The notes below the pieces were generated by a model. That model had not been told where the DNA came from and searched no databases. It saw nothing but the letters and a program-made list of their open reading frames with translations. A program made the translations under genes and the position numbers. Source: a virus (Duplodnaviria > Heunggongvirae > Uroviricota > Caudoviricetes). From it: DNA of 56,778 nucleotides. How positions within the stretch are numbered: position 1 is the first letter of the stretch; each line of letters opens with the position of its first letter. The DNA lies in IMG/VR virus record IMGVR_UViG_3300021431_003088. One strand, 5' to 3'. Below are positions 47,415 through 56,411 of the stretch, piece by piece.

Positions 47415-48311
47415 TTATGCTGATTTCTCAGCTTCTGCAAGGATTATTCTTGCAGCCTCTCTCATTGCTTCATCATTTCCCTTGTAGGAATTAGCGATGA
47501 AATCAAGTTGAGAGATTCGGCCTTCTCCGAAGAGCTGACCGATTGTCTTGCCTGCGACATCTTTTCCTGTTAGCGAACAGGGTACAATGCTTGCTTCCTC
47601 TACATTATTAGGAAGTTTCACAGGTTTCTTTGTTTTAGGCTTAGGTGCCTCTGGCTCTGTAGCCTCTGCCTCTGTAGCCTCTGCTTCAGCTTTTCCGTAC
47701 TTTTCAAGGATTTGGTCCTTGTGTTGTACTAGGTTATCAAGCTCTTTATCAGAAAACTCATCAAGTGAGTTATGCTTATAAAGCTCAATAACAGCCTTTG
47801 CATCTGAACAAGAATTTAGCACTTCGAGTGCTTCCTTCTTCTTCTTTGCAATGGCTTTTGCCTTTGCATCAGCCTCTTTTTTTGCCTTGGCTTCAGCTTC
47901 CTTCTTTCCCTCTTCCTTTTCAGAAGTAGGAATATCCTCTCCGGCATAGATATATAATCCTAATCCATGACGGGCGATGGCTTTTACTAAGCCTCTCTGC
48001 AATGAATCATTAACCTCACGGCTATTGATTTGTTCCAGAGGTATTGCGTTATTTCTATTATCCATAATTGGATAATATTCAATGAGCTCCTGCCCATCTA
48101 CAGTCACGCCTACTTTAACCCAAGCTGTTGCACCGTCTGTGTGGTAGCACCAGCCATTCTCATTTTCGTAGACCTTATACGTTGCATCAGGGTATCTCTT
48201 TTTAAGTTCTCCCCATGCGAAAGCCCACGAGAGGTATGTGAACTTACCCTTCTTTTCAGTTTTATCGTTCACGTTAATACTCTCTAATGTTTCGAATACG
48301 CTTTTTTCCAT
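47415..48311 (-). CDS. Sak3/DUF1071 single-strand annealing protein (Rad52-like)
   Basis: 'FETLESINVNDKTEKKGKFTYLSWAFAW...QRGLVKAIARHGLGLYIYAGEDIP'. Confidence 0.9.
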   Translation of the reverse strand: MEKSVFETLESINVNDKTEKKGKFTYLSWAFAWGELKKRYPDATYKVYENENGWCYHTDGATAWVKVGVTVDGQELIEYYPIMDNRNNAIPLEQINSREVNDSLQRGLVKAIARHGLGLYIYAGEDIPTSEKEEGKKEAEAKAKKEADAKAKAIAKKKKEALEVLNSCSDAKAVIELYKHNSLDEFSDKELDNLVQHKDQILEKYGKAEAEATEAEATEPEAPKPKTKKPVKLPNNVEEASIVPCSLTGKDVAGKTIGQLFGEGRISQLDFIANSYKGNDEAMREAARIILAEAEKSA

Positions 48312-48376
48312 ATTCTTCCTCCTTTAAAAAGAGAGGGGCTTATAGCCCCTCATTACCTAAGACACAAAATCCCTTT

Positions 48377-48799
48377 TTATACAAAAGGTAGTGTGTCTTC
48401 TGTTACATCTTCACCAACTGGATTGAATCCATCAGCGTCAGCGTTTGTTGCTGGTGCAGGTGCAGGTGCAGCTTCACCCTGAGCCTTCTTGCTCTCAGCA
48501 AACTCAACTGAAAGTGCAACGATTTGATCCTGATATACAGTCTTTCCGTCTTTTTCGTAGTTGTTATTACGAAGTTCTCCTTCGATAACAACCTTAGTAC
48601 CTTTGTGTAGGTACTTCTCTACGAATGTCGCAGTATTGCCAAACGATACAAGATTGAAGAAATCAGTTGGATAATTTCCATTCTGATCCTTATACTTTCT
48701 ATCTATTGCGATAGAATAACGTGCGACAGGCTTGTTATCATTGCCATATCTAACTTCCGGATCTCTTGTAAGACGTCCCATTAAAATAACTTTATTCAT
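48377..48799 (-). CDS. ssb: Single-stranded DNA-binding protein
   Basis: MNKVILMGRLTRDPE..., KGTKVVIEGEL, acidic tail ending EDTLPFV; RBS AAGGAGG. Confidence 0.95.
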   Translation of the reverse strand: MNKVILMGRLTRDPEVRYGNDNKPVARYSIAIDRKYKDQNGNYPTDFFNLVSFGNTATFVEKYLHKGTKVVIEGELRNNNYEKDGKTVYQDQIVALSVEFAESKKAQGEAAPAPAPATNADADGFNPVGEDVTEDTLPFV

Positions 48800-48916
48800 A
48801 TTTTTCCTCCTTGAACAAAGCGTCCTCTCAGCCACATTTGAGAGGGTTAATTCATCACAAATGTAATATGTGGCGAATTAAAGAGCGAAATTTCACTCTT
48901 TCAATAATTACTTTTA

Positions 48917-48927
48917 TATATAAGTGG
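48917..48927 (-). promoter_or_regulatory. Core-only motif upstream of ssb (other core-only copies: 3285, 4877, 5078, 12397, 56514 on minus; 9933, 36976 on plus)
   Basis: CCACTTATATA(TAAAAG) without the CAAACTTCGC box. Confidence 0.55.
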
Positions 48928-48946
48928 TTTTTTTTGAAAAAGTCGT

Positions 48947-48969
48947 AAACTTCGCACTAAACTTATATA
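48947..48969 (+). promoter_or_regulatory. Full conserved promoter motif in plus orientation
   Basis: AAACTTCGCACTAAACTTATATA, 35 bp before a plus-strand gene. Confidence 0.75.
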
Positions 48970-49003
48970 AAAATAAAAGAAAGGAATAAAAAAGGAATTT
49001 ATT

Positions 49004-49690
49004 ATGAAAAAATCATTTATTTATCCTGCTGTTGTAGTATTAACTACTACTCTTTCGCTAATACCTTTTAATAGTTCTAGTCTTTTTAGCACAACTACTG
49101 CAAACACCAAGGTTGAAGTAGAAACAGTCGAAGAAAGACAAGAAGACACAAGCGAAACTGATGCTAAGAAAGAGGCTGAAGAGAAAGCCGAAAAAGAAAG
49201 AGCTGAAAAAGAAAAGGAAGAAGCGAAAGAAGCTGAGGAAAAGAAGGCACAGGAGAAAGAGAAAGCTGAAAAGGAAGCAAAGGAAAAAGCAGAAAAGGAA
49301 GAAAGCGAGAAAAAAACCGTATCTTCAGCATTCCCAGCACAATCTGTTAGTAATTCTGTAATTGAGCCTAATGGATTGCATGATGTTTTTGTATTTGCAG
49401 AACAACCCGAAAATGAAGATTTTAGAAATGCTTCAATTTATATGTTGAATACTGGGGAAACTGATGCAAATAAGGTTTTATCTGCTAATTGTGGAGTAAA
49501 ATACAACGACAATGATGTAAAGGTCAACAAGCAAACTAAATATACATTTGGGCTTTCTGAAAGAGAGATTAATGCAGCCATAGACCAATTAAAATATAAG
49601 AGAATAGAGTCAAAGAATTATGGTATTGCATTAAGGGTTGTGGAGTCTAATGGAATGTATTTGTTTGAAATGATTGAAATATACGAATAA
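49004..49690 (+). CDS. Secreted protein with Lys/Glu-rich stalk
   Basis: Signal peptide; KEAEEKAEKE repeats; small globular C-terminus; terminator at 49716-49752. Confidence 0.8.
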   Translation: MKKSFIYPAVVVLTTTLSLIPFNSSSLFSTTTANTKVEVETVEERQEDTSETDAKKEAEEKAEKERAEKEKEEAKEAEEKKAQEKEKAEKEAKEKAEKEESEKKTVSSAFPAQSVSNSVIEPNGLHDVFVFAEQPENEDFRNASIYMLNTGETDANKVLSANCGVKYNDNDVKVNKQTKYTFGLSEREINAAIDQLKYKRIESKNYGIALRVVESNGMYLFEMIEIYE

Positions 49691-49756
49691 AACTCATTAA
49701 GCATCAAAAATAATAAGACAGCTCCAATTTTTCTAAGAGGAGCTGTCTTTTTATCT

Positions 49757-50362
49757 CTAGTGAATTTTAAATTCTTGTTTATAATTAATATTTTCTAGCT
49801 TTTTCTTTTTTAAGAACTGTGTTGCCAACATAAGTATAAGTGATATATTTTCTATGATATTTTGTGAAAACAGTCCTATTCTATCAACTTCAAAATTTAC
49901 CAACAATCTTCCCTGTAATACTATAGTTGAAATTAGTAAACCATAGCTTACTGCTTGAAAAGCCTCTACTTTTTTGTTCTTGCATTCGTGCTTTATAGAA
50001 AGCATATTATTGCATATAATAATAATACTCATGAAAGTAACAAGCCAAGTGGATAGTGTCTGTGGCACTATACTTAATAAGTTACTATTCTCTCCCTTAA
50101 ATATTGATATAAGTATTAGTATAATATTTAATCCGATAGTTGCTACTGATATAAGTAGCTGTGATTTGTATATCATAGTAAGCTGAGCATTATTTATTCT
50201 AGCGTTTTCATCTTTAATATAATTATTTTTATTGATTTCTTCCTTAAGGTTTATCTCTTTTAATTTTTTAAATTTCTCAATAAAGGGCTCATATCTTTTA
50301 ATTGTTGCGTCTTTTTCAGACTTAATCATTTTTCTTTCTGATTCAAATAGTTTCTTTTTCAT
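49757..50362 (-). CDS. Hypothetical polytopic membrane protein
   Basis: ATG 50362; four TM helices; AT-rich. Confidence 0.65.
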   Translation of the reverse strand: MKKKLFESERKMIKSEKDATIKRYEPFIEKFKKLKEINLKEEINKNNYIKDENARINNAQLTMIYKSQLLISVATIGLNIILILISIFKGENSNLLSIVPQTLSTWLVTFMSIIIICNNMLSIKHECKNKKVEAFQAVSYGLLISTIVLQGRLLVNFEVDRIGLFSQNIIENISLILMLATQFLKKKKLENINYKQEFKIH

Positions 50363-50456
50363 AAAATATTTCCTTTCTAAAAATATAGGAGCATATTGCA
50401 AGGCTAGGGAAGTACAATATGCTCCACTACATCAGTGAATGATGCTTTTTCCTTTT

Positions 50457-50480
50457 TATATAAGTGTAGTGCGAAGTTTG
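50457..50480 (-). promoter_or_regulatory. Full conserved promoter motif
   Basis: CAAACTTCGCACTACACTTATATA. Confidence 0.75.
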
Positions 50481-50482
50481 AA

Positions 50483-50707
50483 TTATCCAATGTGGAATAC
50501 TGTACTAATAAAACTTCTGCACATATAAATCAAGTCTGCTATTTGACTTTGTTGGTTGAATATTACGCCTATTGCATATATTCCCGCTATTGCGCCAATA
50601 ATATATCGTGCTTTACCCTTAATCATTATGAAAATCACAATAAATATTGCGATAAGAATAATTGTTACAGCTAAGTTTCCTCCAAATATTGCATTAATTA
50701 TCTCCAT
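50483..50707 (-). CDS. Small membrane protein
   Basis: Two TM helices; RBS GAGGAGGAG; directly after recG. Confidence 0.7.
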   Translation of the reverse strand: MEIINAIFGGNLAVTIILIAIFIVIFIMIKGKARYIIGAIAGIYAIGVIFNQQSQIADLIYMCRSFISTVFHIG

Positions 50708-50708
50708 A

Positions 50709-52706
50709 TTACTCCTCCTCTACATACTCAAAGTGTTCATTGTATGCATCCATTAACTTATTTCCATAATTATGTTCGATGCAATACTTTGCACAATCAT
50801 GTGCCTCCTTGTATATATAAGAGAAATTAATTAATTCGTCCACATATTTGTTGAATCCGTGTTGTTTTGTTCCAACTATATCACCAGCTCCACGTATTTT
50901 CATATCTTCTTCTGCGATTTTGAAGCCATCATTGGTTTCGCACATAATATCTATCTTTTTGTTCTTTTCATAACGGTTAGCGATTAAGTAACAATATGAT
51001 TGATAATCACTTCTTCCTACTCTGCCTCGAAGTTGATGCATTGAAGCAAGACCAAATTGTTTTGCTTGTTCGATAATCATAAGGGTTGCATTAGGGATAT
51101 TAACTCCTACTTCAACTACTGTAGTAGAAATAAGTATATCAAGCTCTTTTTCTTCAAATTTTCTAATTGTTTCGTCAATATCGTTTTGCTTCATTTTTCC
51201 GTGCATAGCACCTATTTTAATGTTGGTGCCATAAAACATTTTATTGTATGCCCTAATTGTTTCCTCTACGGAGATTAAGTTATTATCATCATCCTCTTCT
51301 ATTGCAGGGCAAACTACATATACCTGATGCCCCTTTTTTATTTGTTCTAAAATCACCTTTTTTACTTCTTCTCTTTGTTCTACGGTTTCAGTAATTATGT
51401 CTTTTCTTCCTGCTGGTTTTTCCTTTATCTCGAAGATTTCTTTATTATCTCCATATAAAACACCGAGTAAGGTTCTGGGAATTGGCGTAGCGGACATTGA
51501 TAAGCTATGTATTCCTGTATCTGCTTTTTCTTCTAGGGCTTTCTTTTGATTAACTCCAAATAGGTGTTCTTCATCGGTTATAACTACGCCAAGATTGTTG
51601 TATTCAACCTTTTCGCTAAAGCAAGCATGGGTGCCGACAATAATCTTTATATGTCCGTCTTTAATACCTTTTTGCACTTCTTTTTTCTCTTTTGCGGTTA
51701 AATCACCGCCAAGATATGCTATCTCTATATTTAGCTTTTCAGCATATCCCTTTATTTCTTCAAAGTGCTGTTTTGCCAGTACACTTCTTGGAGCTATAAA
51801 TACAGATTGATAATCGTTAGAAGCAGCCATCATCATTAAGCACATAGCGACAACTGTTTTTCCACAGCCAACATCTCCCTGCAAAAGCATATTTATTCTA
51901 TTGTTTCTGTTCTTAAAACTTTCGACTACTTTCTTTTGATCCGATGTTAATTCGTATGGCAATATCTTGATAAAATCGTTTAATAATGTTGTGCTATCAA
52001 ATTTAATGTCCGAGTCTTTGTTAGAATCCCATTTTTCATTTTGCATTATACTTAGGCTTGTAAAAAGTAAGTCATTAAATACTATGCGTTTAAAAGCACA
52101 ATTTGCCAGTTTTCTTCCCGTAGGTTTATGTAATTCTCTTACTGCACTTGTGTAAGGCATTAAATTATATTTCTTCACAACTTCTGGTTCAAGTATTTCT
52201 TCACATTGGTTTAAGGCTGTTTCAATAGTGCCACGTAGATTTTTATCGGATACGCCTTGCACTTTAGAGTAGATTGTTTCTATCTTTTTTTTGAATTTAT
52301 TGCTTTCTACTACATACATAGGGTTAGCGAAACTCACCCATCCATCATTCAAACTTATTTTCCCTGCTACTATCATTTGTTCATTTGTTAAGTAGAGAAG
52401 TTTGTTATACATCCACTCCATGCCAAATAGAAAAACACTAAAGGTTTCTCTTCTCTTAGTTCTGAGTTTTAGATATACATATCTTTTCTGTTTTCCTTCT
52501 CTTTTATCAACTTCTACCAGAGTGGCTTGAATTGCATAATTTTTTCCATCACAAATATCCTCTATTTCGTCAATACTTTCATATACTTTTCTAAAATCTA
52601 CATACTTTCTTGGCCTTAAATCTTCTAATAGGTCTTTAGTAGTATATATTTTCTTTTTTGCGAGTGCATTGCTTGTTCTAGTTGTTGAAGTGTCTTTTAA
52701 ATTCAT
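50709..52706 (-). CDS. recG: ATP-dependent DNA helicase RecG
   Basis: N-terminal wedge/OB domain; LLQGDVGCGKT, DEEH, SATPIPRT, STTVVEVGVN, HQLRGRVGR, DMKIRGAGD. Confidence 0.93.
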   Translation of the reverse strand: MNLKDTSTTRTSNALAKKKIYTTKDLLEDLRPRKYVDFRKVYESIDEIEDICDGKNYAIQATLVEVDKREGKQKRYVYLKLRTKRRETFSVFLFGMEWMYNKLLYLTNEQMIVAGKISLNDGWVSFANPMYVVESNKFKKKIETIYSKVQGVSDKNLRGTIETALNQCEEILEPEVVKKYNLMPYTSAVRELHKPTGRKLANCAFKRIVFNDLLFTSLSIMQNEKWDSNKDSDIKFDSTTLLNDFIKILPYELTSDQKKVVESFKNRNNRINMLLQGDVGCGKTVVAMCLMMMAASNDYQSVFIAPRSVLAKQHFEEIKGYAEKLNIEIAYLGGDLTAKEKKEVQKGIKDGHIKIIVGTHACFSEKVEYNNLGVVITDEEHLFGVNQKKALEEKADTGIHSLSMSATPIPRTLLGVLYGDNKEIFEIKEKPAGRKDIITETVEQREEVKKVILEQIKKGHQVYVVCPAIEEDDDNNLISVEETIRAYNKMFYGTNIKIGAMHGKMKQNDIDETIRKFEEKELDILISTTVVEVGVNIPNATLMIIEQAKQFGLASMHQLRGRVGRSDYQSYCYLIANRYEKNKKIDIMCETNDGFKIAEEDMKIRGAGDIVGTKQHGFNKYVDELINFSYIYKEAHDCAKYCIEHNYGNKLMDAYNEHFEYVEEE

Positions 52707-52844
52707 ACTAATTCCTCATATTTCGATTTTTATTGAGTTAGTGAGTATTTCCTTGCCTAATTGTTTAAAATTGATTTAAAGGGCAAATACGGCGCATTTA
52801 ACGGTATATGTCTTTTCTACTCAATTTTCTCAATTTGATTACTT

Positions 52845-53236
52845 TATCTTGTTTGTAATCTTGTATTTATTATTGTAAATTACAAGAGGTTTATCTTGTA
52901 ACACTATATAATAATAACATACTTTTGCATTTGTTACAAGAGTTTTCTCTTGTAAACATCTTGTATTTATCTTGTTTATTCTATTGTATTTAATCTTGTA
53001 TTTTATCTTGTGTGGTTTATTGTATATTGTCTTGTATAGTGCATTGTATCTATCTTGTATTTAGTCTTGTACTTAATCTTGTATTATATCTTGTATTTAT
53101 CTTGTAAAATTATTGTATTTTTTAATGTTTTTCTCTTGTATTTATTATTGTAATTTGTTATTATAGAGAAGCAAGGAATTATTACAAGATATTTCTCTTG
53201 TATTTATCTTGTAGTTTTCTTGTATTACATCTTGTA
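52845..53236 (+). repeat. parS-like centromere: array of (TA)TCTTGT heptads
   Basis: About 19 CTTGT cores on plus counted by eye, mostly 11-12 bp apart, plus ATTGT variants and inverted ACAAG copies; runs up to the parA RBS. Confidence 0.85.
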
Positions 53237-53254
53237 AGGAGGAGAGATTAGGAA

Positions 53255-54028
53255 ATGAAAATAATAACTATTGCAAATCAGAAGGGCGGCATAGGAAAGA
53301 CAACAACGGCGATTGCTATGGCAAGTATTTTGAATAAGAAAGGTAAGCGCACATTACTAATAGATACTGACGCACAATGCAATTCTACAGATGTGTATGG
53401 TGCATCTACTGAGGGTGTAGCAACTATTTATGATGTAATTCTTGCTCCTGAAAAGGAGAGGGTAGCAATTAAAGATGCTATTCAACACACAGAATATGGT
53501 GATATAATAGCAAGTGACCGTTTACTTGTGGATGCAGAGGCAACATTAATGAGCGATAGAACAGGTGGAACATATAGATTAGTAGATGCCATCGAAAAAG
53601 AGAAGCTAGATTATGATTATATTATAATAGATACCAACCCAGCAGTTAATTCGCTTCTATATAATGCACTTATAGCAAGTGACGAGGTTATTATTCCTGT
53701 GACGGCAGATCGCTTTGGTATGGCTGGCTTATCGCAGCTTGTTGATACAATTAATGAGGTCAAAAGAAGACCTAATCCAAAATTAAAGGTTGCTGGACTT
53801 CTTTTAATTAAGTACAAAGAGCATACTACTTTTGGACAAACACTTAGAGAGGATTTACAGAATGCTTCTAAACAAATGGGCACAGTATTATTTAATACAG
53901 CTATAAGAGAGTCTGTAAAAGTTCAAGAAGCTCAGGCTGTTGGCAAATCAATCGTAGACTATGCTCCTAAAAATAATTCAACTGTTGATTATGTGAATTT
54001 TGTAAATGAATATATTAAGAGAGGGTAG
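53255..54028 (+). CDS. parA: ParA/Soj partition ATPase (type Ib)
   Basis: KGGIGKTTT deviant Walker A, LLIDTDAQ, IIIDTNP; no N-terminal HTH. Confidence 0.95.
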   Translation: MKIITIANQKGGIGKTTTAIAMASILNKKGKRTLLIDTDAQCNSTDVYGASTEGVATIYDVILAPEKERVAIKDAIQHTEYGDIIASDRLLVDAEATLMSDRTGGTYRLVDAIEKEKLDYDYIIIDTNPAVNSLLYNALIASDEVIIPVTADRFGMAGLSQLVDTINEVKRRPNPKLKVAGLLLIKYKEHTTFGQTLREDLQNASKQMGTVLFNTAIRESVKVQEAQAVGKSIVDYAPKNNSTVDYVNFVNEYIKRG

Positions 54029-54034
54029 TAAGAT

Positions 54035-54391
54035 ATGGCATTAAATAAGAGTTTTTCACAAATAGATAGGTTCGATAATTTAAGTAACAAGCCAAATGAT
54101 AAGAAAGCAAGTGTAGAAGAGAGTAGTAAAAAAGAAGTTATCAAGGAAAACAAGAAGAAATCCAATAATTCTTCAGAGAAAAAAACTAACAATAAGGTTG
54201 TAGAAGAAGTAAAGCCAATTTCAGCATTAAATAAGATGAAGATAGAAAACAAGAGAAAGTCTGTTAGAAAATCATTCATGATTACAGAAAAGGCTGCAAG
54301 TAATCTTCATGCTTATGCGGTTAGCACTGGAAGAACGGACAATGATTTCTTAAATGAGTTGTTATCAAATCTTGATGATTACATCTCATAG
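54035..54391 (+). CDS. Ribbon-helix-helix centromere-binding protein (ParG/omega-like)
   Basis: Disordered N-terminus, C-terminal 'RKSFMITEKAASNLHAYAVSTGRTDNDFLNELL'; directly after parA. Confidence 0.8.
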   Translation: MALNKSFSQIDRFDNLSNKPNDKKASVEESSKKEVIKENKKKSNNSSEKKTNNKVVEEVKPISALNKMKIENKRKSVRKSFMITEKAASNLHAYAVSTGRTDNDFLNELLSNLDDYIS

Positions 54392-54497
54392 TTGTTTGTA
54401 TTATTTATTGTATACAACATTTCTTTATTTATTTATAGAAGCATGAAAGCCTTTAAAATAAAGGTTTTTGTGCTTTTATTATGCAATTTAAGGTTTT

Positions 54498-54860
54498 TAA
54501 TAGTGGCAGAATTGGAGTGAACTAATGTCTTTTGTAATACTTAATAGTGGCATTATTAGAAGTGCTAATAATGGCGATTTAGGAGTTAAACAATGCTATA
54601 TTGAGTGTAAATTATGGCAAGATTGGAGTTGTTACGGGCAAATAATGGCAAAATCGGTGCAAGTTATGTCATTAATGGTGTAAAATACAAATTATTTCAA
54701 AATAAGGCACCAAAATTGCCACAATTAAGAAGATTATTGCACCAAAATTGCCACAATTTAAAATATAGAGTCCAGATTTGCCATTATTTGTAAATTTTAC
54801 TTGTAATTAGTGGCGAAATAAGAGATAATAATGGCTGAAAAGTAGTTATAGTGGCAGGAT
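54498..54860. repeat. Iteron-like repeats / probable replication origin
   Basis: Many (A/G)TGGC(A) cores in both orientations, and an exact 20-bp direct repeat GCACCAAAATTGCCACAATT at 54707 and 54739, upstream of rep. Confidence 0.7.
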
Positions 54861-54891
54861 TGTAGTTTTAAAGGCTGAAACGGAGTGTAAA

Positions 54892-56091
54892 ATGTCTAAA
54901 AGAGAGATAAAACCCTTTAAGCAAGAAAACCTTATGAAGTCTAACTTCTTCATAGGCAATAAGTACAAAGCTAGTATATACGAAAATAAAATTACATATA
55001 TAGCGATGTTAAAGATACAAAACAAGGAATATGAAGAGAAAGCGGACGGAATATATGTGTCTATGACAGCATCCGAACTAAAAGAGCAACTACAGAGTAA
55101 TAGTGGCTCTTTTTATGGTACATTAAAGACTGTGGCTAACGAAATGACTGGTAATAATTTTGGTATTGCAGATGATGAACACGAGAGATTTGAATTTATA
55201 ACTCTTATAAATAAGGCGTCATATAGTGACGGAGAGTTTGAGGTTAGGTTTGCAAACGACCTGAAACAAAACCTTGTAAACATAAAAAAGAACTTTACGA
55301 ACCTTCCGGCAGAAGTAGTTTTGAACTTTAAGAATAAATATTCTTTTCCGCTGTACCAATTCTTAAAATCACAATGTTATTATCCAGCAAGCTATAGAGG
55401 TGCTAGGGATAATGTTTTTGCAGTATCTATAGGTGTATCTGAACTAAAGCTAGATATGGGTGTTGTTAATTCTCAAATTGATGTAGTAAAGAAAGTTTTG
55501 GCAAATGGAAAAGGCACTAGAGCAGACTATGATAAAGCAGTAGCAGTATCGCCAGAGAAAATGTTTGAAAAGTGGGGAGATTTTGACAGAAGAGCATTAA
55601 AGCCAGCAATTAAGGAGATAAATGAAAAGTCGGATATATACGTGGAGTACAAGAAGAAGACAGCAGGAAAAGGCGGTAAGATTCGTGATGTGGAATTTAC
55701 TGTATGGCTTAATGGTGCAGAAAAGACTAATTACGAAAATGATCCAGTTGGATTGGAAGAGGGCGAGATAGTATCAAAGTTGTCTGATGAAGATAAATTC
55801 GTAAAAACACTAGAAATAGCCGAAGTATTAAAGCAAGTTGATTTGTTACTCAACTACGCAGAGATAGTATCTATTGCGGAAGAGGCGATTTACAATGTAG
55901 ATACAGTGAAGAAGGCTTGCTTAGTATATAAAAATGCCAAGAATGTAGATAACGCAGTTGGATTTATAATTTCGGCAATAAAAAAGGGGTATGAACCCAG
56001 CAAGTCAAGCAATAAGACAACAAACAAGTTTAATAATTTTGAAGAGAGAGAATATGATTTTGATGATTTAGAAAAGGTTTTATTAAAATAA
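54892..56091 (+). CDS. Rep_3 (RepB-family) plasmid replication initiator
   Basis: 'SNFFIGNKYKASIYENKI...FEVRFANDLKQNL...KYSFPLYQFLK...FDRRALKPAIKEINEKSDI'. Confidence 0.9.
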   Translation: MSKREIKPFKQENLMKSNFFIGNKYKASIYENKITYIAMLKIQNKEYEEKADGIYVSMTASELKEQLQSNSGSFYGTLKTVANEMTGNNFGIADDEHERFEFITLINKASYSDGEFEVRFANDLKQNLVNIKKNFTNLPAEVVLNFKNKYSFPLYQFLKSQCYYPASYRGARDNVFAVSIGVSELKLDMGVVNSQIDVVKKVLANGKGTRADYDKAVAVSPEKMFEKWGDFDRRALKPAIKEINEKSDIYVEYKKKTAGKGGKIRDVEFTVWLNGAEKTNYENDPVGLEEGEIVSKLSDEDKFVKTLEIAEVLKQVDLLLNYAEIVSIAEEAIYNVDTVKKACLVYKNAKNVDNAVGFIISAIKKGYEPSKSSNKTTNKFNNFEEREYDFDDLEKVLLK

Positions 56092-56207
56092 AAAATACCC
56101 CGCAGGGTATGCCTCACATCAACAGCGCATTGAAGAGTAAGGACTATGGCTTGAATGAGGAAGCACCATTAGACTTCCGACCTTTGGATGAAGGTGGCAA
56201 GAACCTT

Positions 56208-56411
56208 TCAACTCCACGAATAGAGCCTAGTTAGTTCTCTGTCCTCCTTACGCCTGCGTCGGCGCTCACCATCACGTTTAGAAGTGTGGTGACTACCATA
56301 ACCGCCTTGAAAGGCGTTTAGGTCGCCTGCACGTCCTAAGTCGTTCAGGGCTTTTTGAACTTTCTTGTTCGGATTACGAGCGAGAATAGCTCTACGCTCT
56401 TTTTCTGTCAT
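56208..56411 (-). CDS. Small basic protein (67 aa)
   Basis: RBS GGAGGTG before ATG 56411; Arg-rich C-terminus; structured 3' UTR and terminator at 56091-56110. Confidence 0.7.
   Translation of the reverse strand: MTEKERRAILARNPNKKVQKALNDLGRAGDLNAFQGGYGSHHTSKRDGERRRRRKEDRELTRLYSWS

Noticed and set aside
47655-47684. 15-bp tandem duplication in sak3; similar AEAKAK and KE repeats at about 2750-2820 and 49160-49310
   Set aside because: These are in-frame low-complexity linker expansions with no sign of a separate function.
9873-50480. The 25-bp motif as CRISPR repeats or as multiple oriT sites (TATATAAGTGTAGTGCG superficially resembles the MOB_V/pMV158 nic region)
   Set aside because: Copies are kilobases apart, have no spacer periodicity, lack the flanking oriT hairpin, and are strictly tied to operon starts and gene orientation.
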